The position numbers were made by a program, and so were the translations under genes. A stretch of DNA of 64,000 nucleotides from contig OY969763.1 in the NCBI GenBank assembly GCA_963702845.1, forward strand, positions 4,544,001 through 4,608,000. Direction: 5' to 3'. Each line of letters opens with the position of its first letter. Positions within the stretch are counted from its first letter, which is position 1. Under the pieces are notes generated by a model. That model did not search any database, was not told the origin of the DNA, and saw only the letters and a list, made by a program, of their open reading frames with translations. Positions 19,487 to 28,772 of this stretch are shown here, piece after piece. This stretch comes from an uncultured Verrucomicrobiae bacterium (lineage in GTDB: Bacteria; Verrucomicrobiota; Verrucomicrobiia; Limisphaerales; Palsa-1400).

Positions 19487-19578
19487 TTTTGGTTTCGTTC
19501 AGTGCCGGGCGCAGTCGGTCGAGGGGTCAGAAATATTCGTGCGTGGGATTTTCAAATGGGCGGCCATATATAGACAAG

Positions 19579-21321
19579 ATGATGACGATGACTGACGACA
19601 TGGAATTGGTGCGCGAATATGCCACCAGTCGATCCGAGGAGGCGTTTGCTACCTTGGTCTCTCGGCATGTCGATCTGGTTTACTCCGTCGCCCTGCGCCG
19701 CCTTCGCGATGTCCATCTGGCGGAAGAAGTGACCCAGGCCACTTTCGCGATCCTGGCCCGCAAGGCGGGAGCGCTGGGCCCGAAGACCGTTCTCTCCGCG
19801 TGGCTTTGCCGCACGGCTCAATACTCCGCCGCCGATGCCCTGAGAACTCTCTACCGCCGCCAAATCCGCGAACAGGAGGGATATATGCAATCTTTGTTGA
19901 ATGAACCGGAAAACGAAAACCCGTCCTGGAAAGAAATCGCCCCATTGCTTGACTCCGCCATGACCAGCCTGGGCGAGAAGGATCATTGCGCCATCGTGCT
20001 GCGTTTTTTTGAAGGCAAGGATTTGAAACAAGTGGGGGCCGCGTTGGGGGTCAACGAAAACGCGGCCAGCGCCCGGGTCGGCCGCGCGGTAGAGAAATTG
20101 CGCAGGTTTTTCAGCAAACAAGGCGTCGCCTTGTCGGCGACCGCGATCGCGGCGACGATCTCCGCTCATTCCGTCAAAGCCGCGCCCGCAGCGCTCGCCC
20201 AAACCGCGACTGCGACCGCGCTGGCCAAAAGCACAATGGTCGGCAGTTCCACTCTCGCGAAGGCCACTTTCCTTGCCATGAAAACAAAAACGGCCCTCGC
20301 AACCGCTGCCAGCGCCGCGCTCATTCTCGGCGCGGGCACGTATATGCTCGCTCAAGTGCAATCTCCGCTGCCTGCCGCGTCGCAAGTCGCGGTTCCCCAG
20401 CAATTCCCCAATGACGCTTTCTTCAATGCTTACCCTAAGAGCCCCTTCCTGGCTCACGTGGATCCCAATAACCGACGCACCCCCGACTCCGCACCTCCGA
20501 TCCACATCAAATATACCGGCTCCGCTAATCCTAAGCAGGCCGTCCGTGGTGGCTGCACCGGTAGTTGCGACGTTACCAACGGCTCGCCGTTGATGGGGAA
20601 ACGCGTTCGGGTGAGTAGTTGGATGAAAACCCGCGATGTCCAGGGATGGGCGGGGACAGGCTTGGTCATCATTGATAAAAACAAACGCCGGCGCGCCAGT
20701 GATTTTATGTTCGACCGGCCCATTCACGGCACGACGGAGTGGCAACAAATCGAATCTGTCACCGACGTCCCCAACGAACCTTGTGTCATTTATTTCGGGC
20801 AGGATCTTTACAGCCCCGGTGAAATCTGGAGCGACGATTTTCGAGTCGAAGTGGTTAGCGCCAACACGCCCATCACGGATAATCGGAAATGGGGTCTTTA
20901 TGACGGGGATCCTCTCAGCTTCTCCGAAACGCTCGATGACATTAATCCCCACGGCGGGCACCCCACTTATTGCCTCGCCACGCCGGGCGCTGTGCCACCC
21001 CGAGACCCAGCTCTCATTTGGGGGCAATCGTTCCGTAATCCCGACTTTGACAAATACAGAGGCCATACCGTGCGCATGACCGGATGGGTCAAGACCGAAC
21101 TCACTTCCGGGTATCTCGAACCTTTCATGGTACCCATCGGGAACGGCAAAATGCTTGGCGCAGGACACAGCCGACACTATGGCACCAAGGATTGGACCCC
21201 ATTCTCCAACATCCTCGTCGTCCCCAAAAAAGCCGAACATCTTAACGTCGGTTTTGCTTTCCATGGCACTGGCAAAGTTTGGATCGACAAGGAATCCGTC
21301 AAATTCGAAATCGTCAAATAG
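19579..21321 (+). CDS. ECF sigma-70 factor with TM linker and two tandem carbohydrate-binding-like domains
   Basis: DMELVREYA...EEAFATLVSRHVDLVYS, AEEVTQATF, IVLRFFEG (regions 2 and 4); Ala-rich linker, TM helix, two (G/R)G..VR...W.KT...GT..W domains. Confidence 0.9.
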   Translation: MMTMTDDMELVREYATSRSEEAFATLVSRHVDLVYSVALRRLRDVHLAEEVTQATFAILARKAGALGPKTVLSAWLCRTAQYSAADALRTLYRRQIREQEGYMQSLLNEPENENPSWKEIAPLLDSAMTSLGEKDHCAIVLRFFEGKDLKQVGAALGVNENAASARVGRAVEKLRRFFSKQGVALSATAIAATISAHSVKAAPAALAQTATATALAKSTMVGSSTLAKATFLAMKTKTALATAASAALILGAGTYMLAQVQSPLPAASQVAVPQQFPNDAFFNAYPKSPFLAHVDPNNRRTPDSAPPIHIKYTGSANPKQAVRGGCTGSCDVTNGSPLMGKRVRVSSWMKTRDVQGWAGTGLVIIDKNKRRRASDFMFDRPIHGTTEWQQIESVTDVPNEPCVIYFGQDLYSPGEIWSDDFRVEVVSANTPITDNRKWGLYDGDPLSFSETLDDINPHGGHPTYCLATPGAVPPRDPALIWGQSFRNPDFDKYRGHTVRMTGWVKTELTSGYLEPFMVPIGNGKMLGAGHSRHYGTKDWTPFSNILVVPKKAEHLNVGFAFHGTGKVWIDKESVKFEIVK

Positions 21322-21340
21322 ACAAAGAACTTAAAAACGT

Positions 21341-22162
21341 ATGGCGTGGACAAAAACAAAGAAAGCAGCGGTCATTAGCACGGTCGTATTGCTGGCAATT
21401 GCGGCCATGATCGTGTTCCTCAAAACCATGGCGGCGGCGCGCGAAAACGCACGAAGAAACGCCGTTGTGGCCAGGGCAAAGACAGGAACTCCCACCGATG
21501 CCCAAGCCGTTGCGCAAGCGTCGGAAAAATCGAAAATATTGATTTTTAGAGACATTCGTTCCTGGAATCGTCTGCAGGATTTTGAGGAAGCCTTGACTGC
21601 TCTCCACTTTAATTTTGACGTCAAACCGTCCACTGCCATCGCTGGCACCGATCTGTCGTCGTATGACGTGGTCATCATACCTGGAGGGCAATGGAATACC
21701 GGCCTTTACCGTGCCTGCGTTGCAAACGCGGACCGCTTCGAAAGCTACGTGTCCAATGGCGGCACTCTGGTGTACGAGTTAAACGGGGCCGAAGTGGAAG
21801 GTATCACTCTGCCCGGAGGTGTTAAAATGGTGCAGCACGGCGCGGTGGATAACGAACTACTGCTGCCGGACCATCCGATCCTTCTTCCGCTGGGCGGCAA
21901 ACCGATTCACGCAAACTTTGCCAGTCATGGTTATCTGGCGGGCGTGCCAAAAAACGCCATGATTCTTACGGTGGAGATGACCAATGGGACGCCCACCTTG
22001 GATCGTCCAACATTTATCGAATATCCTCTCGGCTCCGGACGGATCATCGCCGCGTGCCAATGCTTTCATAGTCAGGATCGGTCCAACCGCGGTCCGCTCA
22101 TGCCGGCTTTGCTTAGTTATGCCGCGGTCAAACAATGGTTTTCATCCGGAAGGATTCGTTGA
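21341..22162 (+). CDS. Membrane-anchored class I glutamine amidotransferase-like fold protein; resembles a detached ECF C-terminal module
   Basis: Starts MAWTKTKK plus a TM helix; DLSSYDVVIIPGGQ, YVSNGGTL, HPIL, GSGRII. Confidence 0.7.
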   Translation: MAWTKTKKAAVISTVVLLAIAAMIVFLKTMAAARENARRNAVVARAKTGTPTDAQAVAQASEKSKILIFRDIRSWNRLQDFEEALTALHFNFDVKPSTAIAGTDLSSYDVVIIPGGQWNTGLYRACVANADRFESYVSNGGTLVYELNGAEVEGITLPGGVKMVQHGAVDNELLLPDHPILLPLGGKPIHANFASHGYLAGVPKNAMILTVEMTNGTPTLDRPTFIEYPLGSGRIIAACQCFHSQDRSNRGPLMPALLSYAAVKQWFSSGRIR

Positions 22163-22233
22163 GGCTTTTTATAAAACCCGCGGACGTGGATTTTGTGCGA
22201 CGATTTCCGCAAGGAATACACCTGACAGAAGTC

Positions 22234-22268
22234 AAAAGCCCGAAGCATCCATTATGCTCCGGGCTTTT
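22234..22268. terminator. Bidirectional intrinsic terminator
   Basis: AAAAGCCCG(A)AGCAT-ccatt-ATGCT(C)CGGGCTTTT between convergent genes. Confidence 0.7.
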
Positions 22269-22283
22269 CGATTGAAAATAAAA

Positions 22284-22364
22284 CCTGACGGGTGCCTGCC
22301 GTCAGCCTGACGGCTGAATTGGCCCGCAACCCATTGACCACCAACATTCCTGACGGCCTGACGG
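22284..22364. repeat. CCTGACGG repeat cluster
   Basis: Direct copies at 22284, 22306, 22349 and 22357; inverted CCGTCAG at 22299. Confidence 0.75.
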
Positions 22365-22453
22365 CTCTAACCCCCCGGTGGGGGTGGGTGTCTGCTAAAC
22401 TTTGCCGTCGCTACCGCAGCAAGCGCCCTACCCTGGATTAACTATGCGCTCGC

Positions 22454-23167
22454 TTATGGGCGGGCTTCGGCGTGATTTGCGGCTGATTTGGATTTCTTTT
22501 CGGGCGGCGCCAAGGTTCGGAAAGCTTTGATGGGCTCGGGTTCTTTGTAGTGGCGTTTCAGGCCGAGTTCGGTCAGCGCCTTTGATGGGGCGCGGGAGAT
22601 GAATTCGGGGAAGCTTCGTTCGACGCGGTCTTTTAAAAGTTTTTGGCCGGTCTTGGAGGCCCAGAAGTCTTCCTGGAGTTTGGTCAGTTTGATGCAGCCT
22701 TCGTCAGGGGTCAGGTTTTCATGACGGCCCAGGACCCAGACGAGCTCGGGATCGGAGGGAAGGCAGACGGGGAATGGGACGAATTTGAGCGGGACTTCCT
22801 GTTCTTCGTCGATCTCGCCGACCGGACGAACTTTGACGGTGCCTTGAAAGGTGTCTTCGCCGACGTTGACTTCGACTTTGAGCGATTCTTTTTCGGCGTC
22901 GGGCTTCACCGTCACTGCGCCTTTGCCGAAGGAGGTCTCAAATTGCTCTTTTACTTCGGAGATGGTGGCTGCTTTTAGGTCGGGCAGTTCGCATTTTTCG
23001 CAGAATTTTTCGAAGGAGGTGACTTTGGTTTTGGATTTCAGTTCCTCTACGCAGGCGCTGTAGACTTTGTCGGCCAGCTTGGGATCGGAAATGGTTTTGG
23101 GGAGAACTTTTTTGAGGAGTTCGAGGAGTTGCGCTTCTTTGTTAGTCGATTTCGGTTTGCTTGGCAT
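22454..23167 (-). CDS. Hypothetical Lys/Glu-rich protein
   Basis: ATG 23167 (MPSKPKS); continuous ORF with host-like codon usage. Confidence 0.75.
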   Translation of the reverse strand: MPSKPKSTNKEAQLLELLKKVLPKTISDPKLADKVYSACVEELKSKTKVTSFEKFCEKCELPDLKAATISEVKEQFETSFGKGAVTVKPDAEKESLKVEVNVGEDTFQGTVKVRPVGEIDEEQEVPLKFVPFPVCLPSDPELVWVLGRHENLTPDEGCIKLTKLQEDFWASKTGQKLLKDRVERSFPEFISRAPSKALTELGLKRHYKEPEPIKAFRTLAPPEKKSKSAANHAEARP

Positions 23168-23313
23168 ATCTAAAAAATTCCTTGGGCGGTGTTTGTCGCA
23201 TTTTTTGGGGGTGGAGGGCAATCTGATTTCGCGAAAATCGCCGAAAGACGGCCTCGCAAGGATTAACCACCAAGACGCCAAGGCACCAAAAGTAAGGCGA
23301 GGATAAAAGGTAC

Positions 23314-23347
23314 AAAAAAGCAGCCTCGGCTTTTGGGCCGAGGCTGC
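23314..23347 (-). terminator. Intrinsic terminator of the mre-rne operon
   Basis: GCAGCCTCGGC/GCCGAGGCTGC 11-bp stem followed by a U-tract on the minus strand. Confidence 0.85.
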
Positions 23348-23359
23348 TGCTGAGAGTTT

Positions 23360-23385
23360 GGGACGACGTGGAAGTCGTCCCTACC
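23360..23385 (-). repeat. GTAG-type REP
   Basis: Reverse complement GGTAGGGACGACTTCCACGTCGTCCC; same hairpin as near 19465. Confidence 0.75.
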
Positions 23386-23392
23386 AATTTAT

Positions 23393-25537
23393 TTAGGTGC
23401 CGACGCTTACTAGTTCTTCATTTGTCGCGACGTTCACGATCTTGAATTGTTCGGCGTGGAAACCGGGCTCCGGTCGGAATGAGAGTTTTCCGAAATAACG
23501 TTTTTCCATTTCGATGATGAGTTTTTCGTCTTCGGTGCGCAGTCGTTCCAGGACCGTCGGGTGGACGGCGATGCGGAGTTGGAAGTCGGACTCGTCACGG
23601 GAACGCTTCTTGAGGATTTCGTTCAGCTTGCGCTGGATTTCGACGCTCATGGTTTCGGTGCTCTTCACTTTGCCGCGGCCTTTGCAGTACGGGCAGTCGT
23701 CGTAGACGGCGCTGCGCACGCTTTCGCTGTGGCGTTGGCGAGTCATTTCCATCAGGCCCAATTGGCTGATGGGCAAGACGTGGGTTTTGGCTTTGTCGCG
23801 GCGCAAGCCTTCTTTGATGCGCTGATAGACCTGTTGTTGGTCGCGACGTTGCTTCATGTCGATGAAGTCGAGCACGATGAGACCGCCCATGTTGCGCAGG
23901 CGCAGTTGGCGGCAGATTTCTTCGGCGGCTTCGACGTTGACCTTGAGGATGGTGGATTCCTGGTCTTTGCTGCCTTTGTGACGGCCGGTGTTGACGTCGA
24001 TGGCGACGAGGGCTTCGGTTTCGTCGATGACGATGTAACCGCCGCTCTTGAGGTGGACCTGGCGCGAGAAGGCGGCTTCGAGTTGCTTGGTGATGTTGAA
24101 GCGGTCGAACACGGGTTGGTGATCGGCGTAAAGCTTCACTTTGTCAGCGGAACGCGGTGAGAATTTGCTGATGATGTCGCGCATGCGCTGGTGCGCTTGC
24201 GAACTGTCGACGACGATGCGTTCGACGTCTTCGGTGAGGAAGTCGCGGACGGCGCGTTCGATGAGGTCGGGTTCCTGGAAAACGCAGGTGGCCGAGGGCT
24301 GTTTCTTGATGTTGGCCTGGATCTCGTTCCATTGCTCAATGAGCATGGCGAGGTCGCGAATGAAGAAGGCTTTCTTTTGACCTTCGCCGGCAGTGCGCAT
24401 GATGACGCCCATGCCGTCGGGCAGATTGAACTCGCGCAGGATTTTCTTTAGACGCTGGCGTTCTTCCTGGTTTTCGATTTTGCGCGAAATACCACTTTGA
24501 TCGGAGTTCGGCAAGAGAACGAGGAAGCGTCCGGGCAGGACGACGTTGGTGGTAACGCGCGGGCCTTTGGTGCCGATGGGACCTTTGGTCACTTGGACGA
24601 TGATGTCGCTTCCGGGCGGGTAGAGTCGCGGGATGTCGCGCTGGGTAATGCGCGGACGATCGTTGCGACGCTTCTGGTTTTCGCGTTCGACGACTTCAAC
24701 AGCGCTGTCGAAGCTGGTCGGAACGATGTCCCAGTAGTGCAGGAACGCGTTCTTTTCGAAACCAATATCCACGAACGCGGCTTTGAGGCCGTCTTCGAGG
24801 TTGCGCACTTTGCCTTTGAAGATACTGCCAACGAGGCGTTCTTCGCCGGTGCGTTCGATGGTGAATTCTTCGAGCACACCTTTTTCAATGACGGCGACGC
24901 GCGTCTCGAGGGATTCAGCGTTGATGATGACTTCCTTCTCGGAAGGTTGCTTGCGCTTGATCAAACGATGGACGTGCTTGATGACTTTGGTGGCAACGTG
25001 TTTGATGCTGTCGACGAAGCCGGTGGGAGCTTTGTCCTTCAGCTCGACTGGCTGATATTCTTCTTCTTTAACTTCAGCCGGTGTTTCCAGATGTGGCTCG
25101 CGAAATTGGCGAGGACGACGGCCACCACCTCGGCCCTGACCTTGACCTTGACGTTGTTGACCGTGCTGGTGTTGGCCTTGGCGTGGGCCACGTTGGCCCT
25201 GACCTTCGCGCTGGCCTTGACCTTGTCCTTCGCGTTGACCTTCGCTTTGGCCTTGGGCTTGGATGTCTCCACCCTGTTCCATGCCTTCGTCAGAGCCTTC
25301 GTCGGATCTGGTGTCGGGCGGTAAACCGGCGGCGATGTTTTGGGCGCGTTCGATTTCCTGCTCGTGACGTTTGCGGTCGAAGAGGGATTCAGGGGCTTTT
25401 TGGCCCGTGACTTCTGCACGAGCGTCCGAGGCGCCCCGGTCGGGTTGTTGTTGTTGCTGCTGGCCTTGTTGGATGCCGCCTCGTGGGCGAAAACGCATTC
25501 CACCGCGACGGCGGCGTGAAAAATTTCTGTCACTCAT
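23393..25537 (-). CDS. Rne/Rng family ribonuclease with long low-complexity N-terminal extension
   Basis: AAFVDIG, KGPRVTT, LVAIDVNTG, QLRLRNMGGLIVLDFIDM, CPYCKGRG. Confidence 0.95.
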   Translation of the reverse strand: MSDRNFSRRRRGGMRFRPRGGIQQGQQQQQQPDRGASDARAEVTGQKAPESLFDRKRHEQEIERAQNIAAGLPPDTRSDEGSDEGMEQGGDIQAQGQSEGQREGQGQGQREGQGQRGPRQGQHQHGQQRQGQGQGRGGGRRPRQFREPHLETPAEVKEEEYQPVELKDKAPTGFVDSIKHVATKVIKHVHRLIKRKQPSEKEVIINAESLETRVAVIEKGVLEEFTIERTGEERLVGSIFKGKVRNLEDGLKAAFVDIGFEKNAFLHYWDIVPTSFDSAVEVVERENQKRRNDRPRITQRDIPRLYPPGSDIIVQVTKGPIGTKGPRVTTNVVLPGRFLVLLPNSDQSGISRKIENQEERQRLKKILREFNLPDGMGVIMRTAGEGQKKAFFIRDLAMLIEQWNEIQANIKKQPSATCVFQEPDLIERAVRDFLTEDVERIVVDSSQAHQRMRDIISKFSPRSADKVKLYADHQPVFDRFNITKQLEAAFSRQVHLKSGGYIVIDETEALVAIDVNTGRHKGSKDQESTILKVNVEAAEEICRQLRLRNMGGLIVLDFIDMKQRRDQQQVYQRIKEGLRRDKAKTHVLPISQLGLMEMTRQRHSESVRSAVYDDCPYCKGRGKVKSTETMSVEIQRKLNEILKKRSRDESDFQLRIAVHPTVLERLRTEDEKLIIEMEKRYFGKLSFRPEPGFHAEQFKIVNVATNEELVSVGT

Positions 25538-25540
25538 AAT

Positions 25541-26743
25541 TTAATAGGACCTCCGATGAATATGGATATTCAGCAAAATGCCAATGGCGATTAGCGAGCA
25601 AACCACAGAGGAGCCGCCATAACTTAGCAGCGGCAGTGGGATTCCCGTCACGGGCATCAGCCGAATGTTCATTCCGATGTTGATGAAGACGTGGGTGAAA
25701 AAAAGCATCACCACGCCCACGGCCATTAACTTGCCTAAGCGATCGCGCGCCTGGCTGGCCGTTTTGATGCCGCTGAAAAGGAGCACGGTATAAAGAGTCA
25801 GGACCGTGAGGCTCCCGACAAATCCTTCTTCTTCGCCAATGACGGAGAAGATGAAATCGTTATGTGCTCCTAATCGCGGCAGAAACCCCAGGGAATATTG
25901 CGTACCTTGACGCCATCCCTTGCCCCACAGACCTCCGGAACCAACCGAGATCAGTGACTGCTCGACGTTATAGGACTTCTCGTCTTGCAGTTTTTTCCAA
26001 GCTTTGCGCTCGTCGGGCGTGGCGGTGCGCGGTGCGTAATCGCGTCCGAAAAAGGTCAACAAACGTTGGCCTTTATAGGACGTTGCGATTTTCTCTTTGA
26101 TTGTATGCGGCGCGAAAAATACCGCCGCCACAAACAAGACCGCGACTAAACCAAGCCCTCCGAGCAGCTTGCCTAAATATCGTCTGGGCACTCCGGCCAC
26201 AAACATCATTCCCAAAGTTACTGGAATCAGCACGAGCGCCGAACCGAGGTCCGGTTCGCCCAAAATCATGGCAAACGGCAGTGCCGCCAGCCCAATTGAT
26301 TTCCAAAAAACATCAGCCATGCGTAATTCCTCCGCGGGGCGGCTCAGGTAGTTGGCCTGAACCAAGATAACCGCAATTTTGGCAAATTCCGAGGGCTGGA
26401 GATTGAACCCAGCCAGGTTGATCCAGCGGCGGGCGCCATTGACCGGAGGGAACAGGAACACGATTGCGAGAACGATTATGAGCGCCCAATAGAGCACCAT
26501 CGACCAGCGCGCGAGAACAATGTAGTCGATTGCGCAAAGCACGGCGGCTGCGGTCACGCCCATGACGCACCAAAAAATTTGGCGCAGCCAGCTTTGCTGA
26601 TACCACGCGGCGTTCCATTCGGATTCATGCACGGATGTGGCCGAAAAGACGAACGCCACGCCGGTGACCATCAGGCCCAGCGTAGCAATCAGCAACGGCC
26701 AATCGAGGTCGTTACCGTGTTCGTTTAGTTCAGCTTCGTACAT
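25541..26743 (-). CDS. rodA: Rod shape-determining SEDS protein RodA
   Basis: GARRWI, QPSEFAK, EPDLGSA, HNDFIFSVIGEEEG, MPVTGIPLPLLSYGGSS; follows PBP2. Confidence 0.93.
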   Translation of the reverse strand: MYEAELNEHGNDLDWPLLIATLGLMVTGVAFVFSATSVHESEWNAAWYQQSWLRQIFWCVMGVTAAAVLCAIDYIVLARWSMVLYWALIIVLAIVFLFPPVNGARRWINLAGFNLQPSEFAKIAVILVQANYLSRPAEELRMADVFWKSIGLAALPFAMILGEPDLGSALVLIPVTLGMMFVAGVPRRYLGKLLGGLGLVAVLFVAAVFFAPHTIKEKIATSYKGQRLLTFFGRDYAPRTATPDERKAWKKLQDEKSYNVEQSLISVGSGGLWGKGWRQGTQYSLGFLPRLGAHNDFIFSVIGEEEGFVGSLTVLTLYTVLLFSGIKTASQARDRLGKLMAVGVVMLFFTHVFINIGMNIRLMPVTGIPLPLLSYGGSSVVCSLIAIGILLNIHIHRRSY

Positions 26744-28750
26744 TTAATTATTCGCCAGAGCATTCTTCGCACCTGGCGACATATCCAATTTCTGCAATGC
26801 TGCGTAAATCTCCCGCGCAACCGGCGCGCAGGTTAAGCCGCCCGAACCACCACTCTCCACCATGACAACGACAGCCCACCTCGGGCGATCGACTGGCGCG
26901 TAGGACACAAACCACGTGGTTTTGTCTTTGACACCGGGGCGCTTAATCTCAGCAGTGCCGGTTTTTCCAGCAACTTGAAAGCTTAAAGGTTCTTTGCCGG
27001 CGTTGTGGAATGCGCCGTAGGCGTTGGCTTCGGGGTTCTCCGTGTCGAGGCGCATCGCTTCGCGAAGTATCTCCAAATGGCGGGGGTTGATCTTTACAAT
27101 ATCACGAACATTCCCGCTCTGGTGTGAGGCCAGTTCGAAAGGTTCCTCAGCGGAACGGTGATCGAGGACCACGCGCGGCCAGAATAGTTTTCCGCCATTG
27201 GCGATGGAACTGACGAAGCAGGCCATTTGAATCGGCGTTGTCGTAACTTCCTGGCCGATGCAGAAGTTCGCCAAACGACCCGGCGCGAGTTTTGTGGCCT
27301 GATCTGGCGTCGGCATATAACCGCTCACTTCTGGAGTGCCGATTTCAGTTTTTTCGCCGAGATGAAAGCGTCTGGCGACTTCCATCAACTTGCGCGCCCC
27401 GGCGAGCCTGATGCCGTTAGTGATGAAATAGGCGTTGCTGGATTTGTAGAACGCGCGCTTTAAGTCGAAATCACCTGCGCCAGCGGTGTCTTTGATTTCG
27501 TGGCCACCCTTCGGTCGATAAGCGCCCGGTAAGTAGATTAATTCGTTTGGATCGAGGCCGGATTCGAGACAGGCCAGCGCTGTAATGATTTTGAATGTTG
27601 ACCCCGGATTATACGCGCCAAATGTTGCGCGATTGAACATCGGGCGACGAATTTCATCATTCATCTTAGCCCAGTCGGCTGGACTCACACCATTTGCAAA
27701 ACCGTTGGGATCAAACGTCGGGCTCGAGGCCATCGCAAGCACGTCGCCATTGTTCACATCCATCACGATCGCCGCGCCGTGATAAGGACTGAGTTCATGC
27801 TCGACGGCCTTTTGGATGTTGGCGTCAATTGTCAAAAACACGTTGTCGCCGGGCTCGCTCGGGTCGGTGTGCCCCTCGCGCTGGCGGTAGTGCATGTTGT
27901 TGATGACGATCCATTTTGTGCCGGGCTTGCCGCGAAGGTCTTCGTCATTTGCGGCTTCCATGCCGATCACGCCTTGATAATCGCGATCGTAATAGCGATA
28001 GATCTGCCGCTCTTCATCGGGCGGTTCCTGCGGTTGGGCGTAACCGAGGAGGTGCGCGGCACGGGTGCCGTATGGATATTTGCGGACGGCTTCGATTTCC
28101 AATTCGACGTCGGGTTGGTCGGACAACGTTTCGGCGTAGGAAGCGACCTGGTGCTTGTCCAAGCCGGAAATAATTGTGAACGGAACGTAGCGATGATCGG
28201 CGTAATGGGTTTGGAATTTTTTCAAATCGAGTGGCGCGTTGGTATGCAGGATCGTGCCGATTTGGGCGGTGAGGTTGCTCACCACATTGTAGCTGGCGAT
28301 TTTTTGCAGGTCGTTGCGCGTTGCCAAGGGAATGCTGGTCCGCGTCGTTGCTGAACTTGACCGCATACCAATGGCGGCTAGAACCTTCTGCATAAGGCCG
28401 ACCTTGACCGGGATTTTGACTTCCGGATGCGCAGCCACATACGCCGGCAAAATGTGATTGGTATATTCGAAGTAAAATTGGCTTCGCAGTTCTTCGAGAT
28501 AAACGTTGATGGCAAAGCGCGGTTGGTTCTCGGCGAGAACGCGGCCGTTGCGATCAAAGATTCTTCCGCGAATCGGCGCGATGCGAACCGAACGAAAACT
28601 CTGTTTCTCTGAATTTTTCTCGAACTTCTTTCCCGAAACAATCTGCACGAACCACAACCCAGTCAGCAAAACGACCAACCCAGCCACCACGATCATGGAG
28701 ATCGTGCGCAACTGGCTGTCATCTCGTTTCAACTGGTCGAAAATAAACAT
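26744..28750 (-). CDS. mrdA: Penicillin-binding protein 2
   Basis: RGRIFDRNG, PGSTFK (SxxK), SSN and KTGTAE motifs; mre operon context. Confidence 0.93.
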   Translation of the reverse strand: MFIFDQLKRDDSQLRTISMIVVAGLVVLLTGLWFVQIVSGKKFEKNSEKQSFRSVRIAPIRGRIFDRNGRVLAENQPRFAINVYLEELRSQFYFEYTNHILPAYVAAHPEVKIPVKVGLMQKVLAAIGMRSSSATTRTSIPLATRNDLQKIASYNVVSNLTAQIGTILHTNAPLDLKKFQTHYADHRYVPFTIISGLDKHQVASYAETLSDQPDVELEIEAVRKYPYGTRAAHLLGYAQPQEPPDEERQIYRYYDRDYQGVIGMEAANDEDLRGKPGTKWIVINNMHYRQREGHTDPSEPGDNVFLTIDANIQKAVEHELSPYHGAAIVMDVNNGDVLAMASSPTFDPNGFANGVSPADWAKMNDEIRRPMFNRATFGAYNPGSTFKIITALACLESGLDPNELIYLPGAYRPKGGHEIKDTAGAGDFDLKRAFYKSSNAYFITNGIRLAGARKLMEVARRFHLGEKTEIGTPEVSGYMPTPDQATKLAPGRLANFCIGQEVTTTPIQMACFVSSIANGGKLFWPRVVLDHRSAEEPFELASHQSGNVRDIVKINPRHLEILREAMRLDTENPEANAYGAFHNAGKEPLSFQVAGKTGTAEIKRPGVKDKTTWFVSYAPVDRPRWAVVVMVESGGSGGLTCAPVAREIYAALQKLDMSPGAKNALANN

Positions 28751-28772
28751 GAAAGAAGTTAGGCGATAGAAG

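Noticed and set aside
19552..21264. 570-aa antisense ORF over the ECF gene
   Set aside because: Shadow ORF on the opposite strand of a clear gene, with no recognisable motifs
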